Positions 10,761 through 23,398 of a stretch of DNA of 64,000 nucleotides are shown here, piece by piece. The DNA is taken from the NCBI RefSeq assembly GCF_038025025.1, contig NW_027117350.1, positions 310,001-374,000 on the forward strand. The letters are read 5' to 3'. Each line of letters opens with the position of its first letter. Position 1 is the first letter of the stretch. Origin of the DNA: Phyllosticta citribraziliensis (taxonomy: Eukaryota). The notes under the pieces are model-generated. The model searched no databases and was not told the DNA's origin. It was given only the letters and a program-made list of their open reading frames with translations. The position numbers were made by a program, and so were the translations under genes.

Positions 10761-13213
10761 ATGATCAAGGCTTCCGAGGAACCCGGCCATCATCGGTTTA
10801 CACAGTGAGCGCGCGCTATTCTTACATGCTCTCGGTGGTGGTGGTGGTGTGACGTTATCGTCGTTACTCTTTTTTGCGTTCTGTTTCGTCTCTGTTTTTT
10901 ACGAACACGACTCATGAATCGGTGCAAAACTAGGCTTGTTGCTGAGGTCGATGTAAAGTTTAGCTCAGGCCCACAAAGGTCGGTGCCTCTGAGCGAGGTT
11001 GCTCGGGATAACGGCCTGTTCCTTGCAGCACAAGCCGGGATTGACCTGCGGGCGGGCGCGATGCGGGCAGGCTTGGCCGCGGTCGAGTGGTTGCTGGCGG
11101 CATTGAGGCACGCAGGCGGGCAAGACTGGAGTGAGACGGCGCTGGCAAATCTGGAGCACTTGGTCTTGGTCATCCAGCAGCGACTGGTTTATGCAATCAG
11201 GCAAGCAGATGGCTCGGCGCTGGAGCGGGCGCACAAGAGACGGGCGGTGCTGGCCAGGTCGTGGTTCAGCGAGTTTCCCGGGGGCGTGAGGCCCACGAGC
11301 ACGACTTGGCCGTGGACCATCAGGCCGGCTCTGGCGGTGTTGTGGGGGGTTTGCTGGATGTTTTACCCTGGGCCGCGGGTGCGAGCGACTCGGATTGAGC
11401 CATGGCTGGGATGGCAAGGGCCGACGGACGGAGCTTGTGAGTATTCGAATCTCTGAGTTTGTTTTGCGGTGCGTGTGCAAGGAGGTTGCCGAGGATCCGG
11501 CACAACACGGCGAGGACCAGGGAGAGGGAGAGGGAGAGGGAGAGGGCGAGAGGAGATGGACACCCGGTGGCTAACTTGAGACGGGCGCGCAGACTTGCAG
11601 TATGGACAGCAGGCTCTTGGAACGGTGGAGAGTGGTAGGAATTCAAATGATGCAACGTCCAAGACAAATCGACGGGCCGGTCGGGAGCCGGAGGCGACGT
11701 CAATGCATCACGTGGATGCTCCTGCGCCACACTTTGACTTCTCAGCAGCTCCCGGTCACCTTGTCCCAGGCTCAGGCCCAGGCGCCGACGCCGACGCCGA
11801 GGACGAACAAAAACAGACCCATCACCAGGCACACCCGTTGACCCCGAACCTACAACCACAGGCACAGGCTCAGGCCCACTCTCTCCAATACCGTACCAGT
11901 GACTCATCCCGCCGTCAGTATTTAGTACCCGGTCAATCCGCCGCCGCGCTCGTGCTCCACGCCCTCCACCTGGACCTGGACCTGGACCTGGACCACGGCT
12001 CCCATTTATCAACCCACGCCAGTCCGCTTCCTCCCCCGGACCTCACCGCCAGCCAGCTCGCCTCGCCTGACAGCCTCCCTGTGCCGCTCATCACTCTCGA
12101 CGACTATTCCGCCGCCCTGCAGCCTGCGCCTGCGCCCGTCTTCTCGCCCTCGCCTTCTCCGGTTCCGCCGCCACACGCTGACTACATTTCCGCCTCCGCC
12201 ACCCCAGACTACTCCTTCGACTTCTCAACCTCCTCCATGGATGTGTACTATCCCCAGCCGAACCTAGGAATGAACCTTCCCCACTCGATCCCTGGAGCCC
12301 GTCCCATGTCCCCGCCAGACAGCGTCCCAGAGACCGCTATGGAACAACCCTCCCGCAAGCGCAAGTTTTCCGACGTCACCGCCCAGCTTCACGCCGCCCC
12401 GAGAGAAAGGGCCTCCTCTGAAGAACATGACCCCATCTTCACCCCTCGTGGAAAGTACTCCCACAAACGCTCCCAGGAACCTCCGAAAAACGCCCTGGGA
12501 AAGATGATTTGTACCTATTCCAGCGAATGTGCTGGCATCACCTTTGACCGCAAGTGCGAGTGGAGGTAAGTCGCGTCCCGTCCACATGGTCAAACACGAA
12601 ACCACATGACTAACGCTCTCACAGCAAACACATGGACAAACACGACCGCCCCTACGTGTGCCGACACAAGGGCTGCGAAAAACTCCAAGGCTTTACCTAC
12701 TCTGGCGGCCTGCTGCGCCACGAGCGCGAAGTGCACAAGATGCATGGCGGCACCAAAAAAGCCCTCTTCTGCCCCCACCAGGATTGCAAGCGGAGCATGG
12801 GTACCGGCTTTACGCGCAAGGAGAACCTTGCCGAGCATATCCGCCGCGTTCACCGACACGCGTCCGGCGACGCTGCAGACCCGGCGCCAGCAGTCATGGC
12901 GCATGACGAACCCAGCGAAGGCGCCAGTCCCGACGCCGAAGCTGATCCCGAAAGTCCCTTTGCCATGAGCAGCCGACCTGCCCGGCGCGCATCCGGCAAG
13001 CGGAGGCGACCCTCGATCACGTCGCCGTTTGGCATGGGCGGAGACGGCGGAGCAGCAGCAGAAATGGAGACGGACGATCTGCGCCAAGAGATTCGAAGGT
13101 TGCGACGTGAAAACGAAGAAAAGGACCAACGACTCAAGAAGCTCGAAGCGACTGTCGAGGCGCTAACCAGGGGTCAGATCTCTAGCGCAGGTCAAGCTTC
13201 CGTCCCCGTGTGA
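10761..13213 (+). CDS. C2H2 zinc-finger transcription factor with C-terminal coiled coil; model exons 10761-10804, 10934-11436, 11593-12565, 12625-13213 (5' exons tentative; ATG 12237 is an alternative start)
   Basis: Fingers CTYSSECAGITFDRKCEWSKHMDKH, CRHKGCEKLQGFTYSGGLLRHEREVH and CPHQDCKRSMGTGFTRKENLAEHIRRVH. Intron 12566-12624 (GTAAGT..CTAAC..CAG). The upstream introns also join in frame. Confidence 0.85.
11519..11546 (+). repeat. (AGGGAG)n purine microsatellite inside the predicted TF intron
   Basis: agggagagggagagggagagggagaggg. Confidence 0.8.
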
Positions 13214-14703
13214 GGCGACGAATTACTTTTCTGCCGCCCGTTCCATTTTTGGATCAAAGGTTTTGCGGGAAGGGTCTCACCATCACAACAAACAGCATTG
13301 CAACGGCGTTGGGATTGGATTGGAGATGCGGTGGTGTCTCGGTTGTTTCGGTCGCGCATGGATTTGAGCGAGTTTAGCCAGCAAAGAGCGTGTCTTTTTC
13401 GACTGTCTTTTTCCTTACAACTCATGTTCTCTTCTCTTCTAGTAGCTCTCTTCTCATGCTCACGATCGACGTTTCCATTTCTGTTTCCAGCTCCAGTCTT
13501 TCCAAGATACCAACTCTCGCTACCATTTTTAGAGCAGCAGCACCATAGCGCACGGCACCCACCATTTAGACCTTTGACTTTTTTCTTTTTTCCTTCTCTC
13601 CCTCTTGTCTACGGCACACGTCTTGTCGTCATTGTTCTAATCCCGTCGTTTCCCCGCGAGTATCTATACAGCGACTTGGCTCCATCGTTTTTGTTTACGT
13701 AGCACGTAGATACCCATCCAGACATTTGCTTGAGCATCATCATCACCACCACCACCGCATCAAATCAAATCTGCCCGTGTCGACCGTCATCATCTCCTCG
13801 TCTCCCCACCAACGAACCACACACCTCTACCTTCTCCTTCTGCTCCTCTGCCCATTTCAATTTTGACCGGCAACTTAAATAATTAAACTTTATGCGACTG
13901 CCGAGGGCCGGCCGACACGTTGTGCTGGGGGGCTCTCGTCTACCGCGCCCACCCCCATCCACATGCCCCTGTTCAGCCGCCGCCGGGCCATAGCCCCAGC
14001 TCCACGGACCGGGCAGCTCCCTCCCCCAGGGAACGGACGTTATGGTTCCGCTCGTCGTTGGGAACTTCTTCGTTCGGCGCCTCGTGCCCTGAGACATCCC
14101 TGCCTGCTTACCCAATCCAAGTGGAGGCTCCCATCTATCTATCCCACGTTTCCATCTCGGTGGTTTCTTTCTCGCGTGTTCGTTGGATGATACGATGGAT
14201 GGCTGTGATGCTGACGCCGCTGCTGCGGACGTTGCCTGCGTGGTGTACGCCGCTGACTGTCATCGAGTGGATTAGTGAGTGAGTGAGTCAAGGCTGCGGC
14301 GGCTTTGAGCAGGCTGGCATGGCAGGCTGGTAGTACACCCACACATACACCACGATCTCACCACCTTCCAGCCGCATGTAAAGGATTACGGTACCATTTG
14401 TCACCGGGTTTTTTCCCTGTCCCGTCACGCCCGCTTTACTGTACAGCCGCCCGGTCACCGCACCAGTGCACCTCCCTCCACTACCTTTGTTGTCTTGACG
14501 AGAACAACTTAAGCACAAGAGCAAAACCAACCAGCCAACCGACCAACCAATCCACCAAGCATCCCGCTCCCGCGCCCCACCACTCAACCCACCTCCCACG
14601 GCAAGGACAATAGCATCTCACTATCTCCGTCCCCCCCCCATACGTCTGTCAGTCTAAGCCGCAATCCAAACCCTTTTTCCATTGCACTTCCTCTTTTTTC
14701 TTT

Positions 14704-14736
14704 CCCTACCCAACCCAACCCTACCCTCCCTACCCC
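14704..14736 (-). other. Potential G-quadruplex/i-motif (seven G3+ tracts, 1-2 nt loops)
   Basis: Plus strand reads ccc-ta-ccc-aa-ccc-aa-ccc-ta-ccc-t-ccc-ta-cccc. Confidence 0.65.
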
Positions 14737-16776
14737 GATCATCCCTGTCCACCCCGTCAGGAACCAACCTTAACCCGCTCGATTAGCGCCAGCGACCGCC
14801 AGCGTGGCGCCATCACGGCGCCTGGTGTGGATGCCAGGCAGCCAATACTTTTCCTGCCGGCCGCCCGCACAGAGTGCAAATGTATGTATAGTATGATCAT
14901 GCAAGGTATGCGAGCGAGAGCATAGGAAGATAGTGTGTAGTATGTGCTGCATGCATGCAAGCAAGCACGCGACGCACATGAGCGTATGCGTGTGACGAAA
15001 TTGTCTAAATGCTTGTGTGCAAGTGTGTGTGTGGAGCCAAAAAGCTACCTAGCTCGCTAGGTGGCCGGAGCAAATAGGTAGACGGCTAATATAGAGTCTA
15101 TGTATACTCTCTTCTACGCAGTGGTGATGGCAGTGGCTGGGCTGCGGCTCAGAGCGTCCGTCCCGGAATATGACGCGGGCGCCGCGCCGTTTATCTCTTA
15201 GCCGTCTCTATTCGCATTTAGTTTTTTTTTTTTCCGCCTTCGGGATTTGGGATTAGCCGTGATAAAAATAATTGTAAGTATGCATGCGGGCGGGAAAGGT
15301 GCGGTTGTGAACACCGGCAATAATGGCTGGTGGGTAATTGGGGAGATCGGTTGGTACAGGTATGGCATAGGCAAATCGACTGGTAGATGGGTGCGCCTTT
15401 CTTTGCCTCACTCTTCTCTTATGCCTCCTTGCTTCGTCAACTATTCTGCCTGCCTACATAGGCAAATCTTGGCAAACAGGATGCCTCTTTCCACCTCTCT
15501 TCTAGACCACATTGTTTTCAGAGGCCAGTCACAATTAATCCATGCAAGAAATTTAACCTGCAGCTTGGTGAGACACAGACGCCCCCACGCGCACACACGT
15601 GCCGACGCGCTGCAGCCTAGCACCACGCTCGCGTCGACCGCCCACAGGCGTATCGTGTCGTATTGCATCGCTCGATCGGAGGCAGCTTAGCAGGTCATTG
15701 AATACCGGCTAGCCAACAAGCTGTTCGCGTCATGGGAGGCCTTCGCACGTTAAACAAACGGCGAATTTGCTCACGGAGGCTCCTCAAGGATAGGTACGAG
15801 GCGTTAAGCTTCCCCGTCCCGGAACAGATTCACCGTCGATTCTGTGTATTGTCAGCGACTGTCCAGCGTACTTGCGGTCAAAGAGGCATGCACTCACGGC
15901 TCCCACACCACCAAGCCCCCATGTCCGCAATTCAGTTACCTACCGTGCCTCCGCACCCAGCGAAACAAACAACCCGTACCTCGTACAACGTACTGAGCGC
16001 CAGCTGGCGAGTCAGCCGCAACGAGCATCAATGAGTCACAGCCCTCCCCTCACATCCCCTCGGTCAGCGGCCGCGGTGACCGCTTGGAGACAAAAGTTGC
16101 ACGGGGGTTGGCGGAGACGCCGGGGGGCGGAAAGGCGGGAGGATTCGCGGTGGGCCTTGTTGGAGATGGGTGCCTAGGGGTAAGCACATAACTGTGGAGT
16201 GGGGAGGTGAGATGAGCTGTCTATCTGTGGCGGTGCGGCGTGGTGTTCTGGGCGTCGCGTGGTGGTTCTTTCTGCGGTACCTAGGTGGTAGGTGGACGCA
16301 GTTGGCAATGACCGTGCTGCTGCATGGTGATTTTGACTCAACTCGAGCGGTGTGATCGTGACTGGCAGGCCCTCGTTCAGGCGATGGAAATCTTCTTGAA
16401 CTGTCTTGAGCCATGGAGGCTGATTTGACACCGCTTTGCAGGCTGAAAATGTGTTAGCCTCCAGCATTTACTTGACTTATATCACTGTCAGGGTAGAATA
16501 GGCGCGGTATTCGTCCAGATATAAAAGGTTTTCGGATTGAGACATTGCCCGGCCAGACAGCTGTGCTACCAACGCTGCTGCAATGCTACTAGAGATTATG
16601 ATGAACATCCAAGTGAGATTTCTGGAGCACGTAAATTTGACACCTTGAATCTGGATGCTCTCTCCTTCTCAGCCTCTCCTCTTGGAATAACGACCTGTCT
16701 GACCCAGTCAACGGAATAGGATTTTCGATCAAGTCAGACTCCAAGTTCCTGCCTGCGTGCTGGTTGAGAAGGAAAT

Positions 16777-17784
16777 CTATGCGGCGGGCTTCTCGGGGTC
16801 AACGGTTCCCTTGTCCTTTGCCGAGTCAACGGTGCCCTCGGGCTTCTTGGAGTGCTGGGAGGAAGGGTCGGTGGAGTGCTTGGTGTCGGCGTTGGCGACG
16901 CCCTCTTGCTTGTCTGAGATCTGGTTCTCAACAGGAGGCTTGGAGGAGGTGGGCTGTGGAGAGGTTAGCCTTTGATTCTCGTTGCGCTTTCTCAAACACT
17001 TACAGTGTCCTTCGCGGAGCCCTCCTTGTCCTGCTTTGCGTCGCCGCCGCCAACGGTTACGCCGGGGGACTGGTCGGTGTTCTTCTTCAAGCCAGGGTCC
17101 TCCGACTTGGTTGCGTCACCCTCCTTGGGAGTCTCCTTGGGCTTGTCACTCTCCTTGACCTCTTGAGGAGGCTCGGGCTTGGATTCGGCGGGCTTCTCCT
17201 CCTTGGACTCGGCAGGCTTTTCCTCCTTAGATTCCTCCTTCGGTTCCTCCTTGGATTCGGCCTTTGGCTCCTCCTTGGATTCTTCTTTGGACTCCTGCTT
17301 GGGCTCCTCCTTGGACTCCTCGGATTCTTCAGCAGGAGCCTCCTCGTGCTTTTCTTCGTGCTCGCCGTGGTGTTCGTCGTGACCGTGGCCACTCTCCGAG
17401 GGCTGCAGCAAGTAGTAGGTGCCGGGAACCGTCACAGCAATGGAAGCGAGGGCCCTGGAGTCCACGATGATCAGTTGGGGGCATTCGAGAGGGATGGGTC
17501 CGACATCGGGATTTCGCAGAGGCGTTGAGGCGCGGAGCGACGATTACATCGGATAAATCTTTTCCTTGCCGCTCCTGGATGAATACATACCAAGGCAGAT
17601 CGCTCTTGAGCTTGCTCTCAGACTGGCCGCCATGAGAGCTGGAGTAGGCGCGACGAGAGGCGTTTTGGCCGAAACGCTGCCATCTCTGAGACTGTTGGCC
17701 GGCGGAGCGGAAGCTATTCCTGGCGGAGCGGGCAGCCTGCGACGCAAACGAGGCGCGGAAGCTAGTGGACCTGGCGAAGACCAT
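16777..17784 (-). CDS. Hypothetical protein: mitochondrial-presequence-like N-terminus, one hydrophobic segment, His- and Glu/Lys-rich repeats; exons 17784-17591, 17454-17004, 16953-16777
   Basis: Arg/Ser/Ala-rich leader ending RRAYSS, then SDLPWALASIAVTVPGTYYLL and EESKEEPK repeats. Introns GTATGT..CAG (136 nt) and GTAAGT..CTAAC..CAG (50 nt) join three ORFs in frame. Confidence 0.8.
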
Positions 17785-18344
17785 GATGAAGCTGTTGGAT
17801 CACCAATTGAATGGGACGGGACGAAATCTGAAGGAGATGAGTGCTCAATGGGAAGGGCGGGAGCGTGGAAGATGATGGACGAGCAGGCTGATCGGTACGG
17901 TACGTCTTGATCATGTCATGGCTGGCTCGGCTATTGCAAGGGACCGGGAGCGTCCAGGAACGCCCGGACCATGCCAGAATGACGAACTTGCCAAGCCTTC
18001 TGACGCCCGCGTCCGCTCCCGCTCCCGCTGCGCTCGCCGCCTCCAGCACCCGCACTACCTACTCTACCTCTATCTATTACGCCCTTGACCAGAGCCCGCT
18101 CAAGGGTCTGACTCTGACTATCCACGCAGACACCGTCTTTACAGTCTCCCCTCCTCTGCTTCTCCTGCCCTACCGCCAGCTCGCCTGTCTAGGCGCCAGA
18201 GCTGCCGCCTCTCGCAGTTGGTAAAGCTTCCCGGAGCAGCTCCGAGCTCCACTCCACGGCAAGACTGACAAGACCACACATAGGTAGCCAACGAACGCGA
18301 GCCTTGAACCCCCCCAGACCGAGCCTCTCGCGCCCTTTCCCATC

Positions 18345-21300
18345 ATGTCCTACGACGCCAAGGTGCCCTCCGTCCAGGACGCGGGCAAGCTGCTGGGGAA
18401 GCTCTACGACCCCGATCCCGACCTTCGGTACATGGCCCTGAGCGACCTCTACAATGTCATAACCAGCCCACATTCGACTTTCCTGCAGCATGACTACAAT
18501 GTCTCAGCCAGGCTGATTGACGGATTCCTTCACACACTCAACGACACCAGCGCCGCAGTCCAGAACCAGGCCGTCAAGTGTCTTGGACCGTTCGTCTCCA
18601 AGGTGCCCGAGCAGATCATCACCCCGCTATTGGACAAGGTCTCCCAAGTCCCAATCGACCACTCCGTGGACAACTCCATCCCCGCTCTCGCCCTTCGAAA
18701 CATTGTCATTTCGCTACCGAGACCTGTGCAAGGCATACCGCGCAGCAACGCTGTGAACGGCGCATACTCAGCGGTTAGCAAGGCGCTCATTCCTAGACTG
18801 ACAGGATATGTCGTCATTCCTACCGGTAACAAGGCCCTACCATCGCCTCCCAGGAGCATGTTGGAGGACGACATCGACAAGGGAACCGACAGCACGGCTG
18901 CTGATCTCCTCATTGAGGTTGCAAGATGCTTCGGGCCCATGCTACACGAGTCGGAACTTGTAGCGTTGCAAAACATATCGTTAAAAGTCGTCCAGACTCG
19001 CCGGAGCGGATCAGTGCTGAAAAAGAAGGCCGTCACGGCCATCGCGACGCTCGCGGGCTACTTTTCGGACCCAAGTCTGAGTGGCCTGGTCTCCACCATC
19101 ATTGAATCCCTGAAGGATGTTCACCTCGAGCCGAGCCAAAAGAAGATTTACATCAACCTCATCAGTTCGCTGACGCGAGCCAACCCCAAAAGATTCGGCC
19201 CTTACCTCAAGACCCTGGCTCCCTTTGTCTTCAGTGCATTGGGCCATGACGAATTGCAAGAAGTCGACGAAGACAACGACGACGAGGAAGAGCGCGACCC
19301 CGAGGCGGACGAAGTGCGCGAAGCCGCACTGATTGCCGTGGAAAGCTTCCTTTCTTCGTGTCCTCAAGAGATGCGCATATTCACAGAAGAATGCATCGAT
19401 TCTGGTATCCGTTTTCTGAAATACGACCCTAATCTGGCGAGCGACGACGACGAGGACATGGAGTCGGACGACGATGATGCGGCCGACTTGGACGACGAGG
19501 ACTTTGAGGAAGAAGGTGGCTTTGACGACGAAGATGACACGAGCTGGAAGGTTCGCAAGTCTGCCGCCAAGGTGTTGCATACTCTGATCCTGAGTCGAGG
19601 CCAAGGCGACCTTTTGGAAGATGGCACACTGTACAAGCGCGTGGCTCCGGCCCTGATAGCACGTTTCAAAGACAGGGAAGAAACTGTTCGTCTCGAGGTC
19701 CTTGCCACTCTTGGACGTCTTGTTCAGCAATCGAAGCCTGAAGCTGTGTCGACGGCTCGCGCCAAACGAGAAGCATCCAACCTCGGCCTCATGGGTCCCC
19801 CTCCTTCTAGGAAGAGGAGGAGACAGGGCAGTGATGCGAGCATGTTGGACATGGGCACAAATGTTGCGTTGTACAGCGGTGTCGAGGCATCAAGGAGCGA
19901 ACCTCTCTCTGGGCCACAAGAGAGTCTGGCTGCGCTGGTTCCAGACATTGTCAGGGGCGTCATTCCACTTCTCAGGACGGGTACTCTCCCTTCTAAGCAA
20001 GCCTCCATGGCTCTACTCAAGGATATCGTCATAACCGAAGGCGGCGGCCTGTCAAGTTATGTCGACCAAATCATCCCCCCAGTTGTCGACGCTTCCAAAG
20101 CCAGCAGTGTACACAGCAACGCTTCTTCCGCGTCATCTGCGACGGCGAACACTCTTCGCATTGAGGCCCTGCAGCTGATCCAGGCAATTGCTGACACTCA
20201 TGCCGCTGATTTGCTGAGGCCCTTCCTACCCAAGATTGTTCCCGCCCTTGATGCTGCAGCAAAGGAACGATACAGCAAGGTTTCTGCCGAATCTCTTGCA
20301 GCCGTTGAGAGTCTGGTAAAGGCATTTACGCCTCCTCGGACCCCTGCCGGTTCAGGCGAGGTCAAATCTGATCTGGAGCATTTCTATGCCATCCTGGTCG
20401 ACAGAATTTCTGCGAACGATGCTGTTCTGGAGGCTCGCCAGCGTGCGATCCGCGTCCTCGGTCTCCTCATCGGCCGCAGCTCTGGTTCAGAAAACTTCCT
20501 ATCCAACTCGAAAAAAGCAGAAGGTCTGGCACTTCTGAGTCAACGTTTGAAGCAAGAGACCACCCGTTTGGCTTCGGTTCGTGCAATCGAAGCTGCTGTG
20601 AGTTGCGCTCAGGACAGCGCCGGTTTCTCCCCAGAATGGATTCAGGACGTTTCTCTGGAGCTCGGTGTTCAGTTGCGCAAAGTTAGCCGCTCCTTGCGTG
20701 GTGCTAGCTTGATCGCTCTGCGTGCAATTGTCGTCAACCCAGCCACAAGAGCACTTCTCGACTCCAAAACCACGCGTGCTATTGAGGACATGTTGCTCAC
20801 TCCCATCAAGGCCAATGACTTGCACCTCATGGGACCTGCTCTGACTATCCTCGCGACGTTCGTGGCTAATGATCCGAACAACGTTGTCAACTCGGAATTG
20901 GTGGATGCTCTCAAAGGCGTCGTTAAAGTAACCGTCAGTGGCAGCGCTCTTGATGCTCTCCTCTCTCTCGTGCGCGCCATCGCAGAAAAGAATGCTGGCG
21001 GTGCGCTGATGAAGGCTCTCCTTGTCGAGGTTGGACTCTCTGGCAACCCTGACTTGGTTGGCAAGGTAATTGGCACGCTACTGGTCTACAGCAAGGCCGG
21101 CATCGACGTCAAATTGCAAGACTTCGTCAATGAACTGAATACTGCTGTGGACGAGAAGAGAAAGTCGCTAGCTTTGGGTGTTCTCGGTGAGGCTGGCATG
21201 CGTCTGGGACCAAATTCGCCTCTTGACCCCCAACTCTTTGTCGCTCACTTCAACGACAAGGACCAAGTGCCATTGGCTGCTGCCATAGCGCTTGGAAGAG

Positions 21301-22409
21301 CTGGTTCATCCAATGCGAGGAGCTACCTGCCCTTCATCATCTCTCAAATGGGCCAGCCCTCAAGCAAACAGTACCTCCTTCTGCATTCCATCAAGGAAAT
21401 CCTTCAGCACAGAACCTCAGACGCCGAGATCCTGCCTTTTGCCCAAGATTTGTGGGCCCAGATCCTCAACGCAGCTCAGCAAGAGGACAACAGGGCGATC
21501 GGTGCGGAATGCATTGGCAGGCTTACCATAATCGACCCGAAGACGTTCCTCCCCAAGCTTCAGGTGAGAAAGTCAACGCAATGTTGCTGGACAACACTGA
21601 CATGAGACCAGGAATTCATGACCTTGGACGACCGCCAAGTCAGAGCCATGGTCATTTCCGCCCTCCGCTACACATTTGCAGACACGGAGGAAGCCTATGA
21701 CGACGTTCTTCGCCCCATTGTTATTCCCATCCTATCGCAAATGCTTGAAGAGAAGGATCTGGACAACCAACGCCTTGCTCTAACGACGATGAGCTCTGCT
21801 GTCCACAACAAGCCAGAGCTTATCTTGCCACACCTCAACGAACTGCTGCCATTGGTAATGAATAAGACTTTTGTCAATCCAGACCTCATTCGCGAAGTTC
21901 AAATGGGTCCCTTCAAGCACAAGGTTGACGATGGCCTCGAGGTGCGCAAGTCTGCGTACGAGACACTGTACACACTGCTTGAGACTGCGGCCGCACGCCT
22001 CAACATCCCCGACTTCTACGAGCGCATCATTGCGGGCATCGCGGACGAACATGACGTGCGCTTTCTTTGCAACCTCATGCTGACCAAGTTGGTCGTCATT
22101 GCTCCCGATGAGACCAAGCTTCGTCTGGGCACGATTGCCGAACATTTCAAGACTATCATCTCAACCAAGCCAAAGGAAAATGCCGTCAAGCAGGAGATAG
22201 AGAAGATTGAGAAGGGCGCCAAGGGCGTCCTCAAAGTCAGCCTGGACATCAACAAACAGCTAAGTCTTGGAGGAGTCACCATTGAGGGCAAGGACGCCGA
22301 TGAGGCGTACGCAAAGGCCTGGCAGAGCTACTGGGACTGGGTGAGGAAGGAGCACCCGCTGCACTTGAAGACGGTCGAGGACGAGCTTCGGGCTGAGAGG
22401 GATCGCTGA
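18345..22409 (+). CDS. CAND1: Cullin-associated NEDD8-dissociated protein 1 (CAND1/TIP120); exons 18345-21563, 21612-22409
   Basis: DPDPDLRYMALSDL, DDEDDTSWKVRKSAAK, RFKDREETVR, AECIGRL, LIREVQMGPFKHKVDDGLEVRKSAYE and KENAVKQE. One 48-nt intron. Confidence 0.95.
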
Positions 22410-23398
22410 GGCGGTACGACACGTGGGACACGAGGAACGAGCATGATCAGAATCAAAGAAGCATCGGCGACTATTCTGCGGGTTAAAGTGGGCAGAACTT
22501 ACAAAACGGGGTCAGTTGTAGATTCAAAAGACAGCGATTTTCACATCACAAAATCCCACCTGTCTTGGCTACAGAACCGATGTGACTTGTGTTGCTACTG
22601 ATTCTGGTACAGGCAGGACGAGGCGAGTACACGCGCGCCATGGAAATTTCCCAATGATTATCAGGTTGCCTCACGAGACACGGGCAGGCTCTGGAGATTG
22701 TTTGATGCAGCCATGACGACTCGACAAACTCGCGCCTGACTGGGGTCGAAGCGTTGCCACGTTCCTAGTGCCAGCCCTCTGGAAACCCGGCCACGACTTA
22801 CCACCACTCCCTTGCAGCGCTTAAGCGCCGTGACGAGCAACGAGCGGGCCACATCCCCCAGCTGTGCGCGGCACAGCATCCACCACTCAACGCCGCTCTT
22901 CAGCTCTCTCGCTGCCGGGCCCTCGTTCATGCACACCAATCGCACTCCGTACAACATGCCGACGGATAGGGGGGGCACAGCCTCGGGGGTCCGACGACCC
23001 GTAAAAAGGCCCGCCCAACGCCTACGGCAGCTTCGGCCGGTGCAAGGGCGAAACCTGAAGCTTGCTTGAGCTATTCTTATGACTGTTGGCCCGCAGCTGC
23101 ATCGCGTTCTCTCTACTTACCCCAGTTCTTCAAACACCATGAGGCTGAGCCCAAGCTGATTTAGTGCTTATACTGACGTCTTTTGCTTTATCTGGCTATG
23201 GTTCAACTCAACGCTGCCACTTCCGGTTGCGCGTCCATAATATAGCTGACTTGCCCGTCTGCTGCCACACCCCATTACAATCCACCGTCATTGCTTGAAA
23301 GCCGTCTCTTGCGCCATCCATCTTCACCGACTTCAGATCATCCAGGTCTCCCAGGGTCTTGCTCTCCTGCAGTGCGCTGCGGGTGTCCCTCTCTTCCA

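Noticed and set aside
16599..16701. C/D snoRNA-like ATGATGA...CTGA with GACCTGT resembling an 18S guide
   Set aside because: Only about 7 nt of complementarity, wrong register relative to the D box, and no terminal stem.
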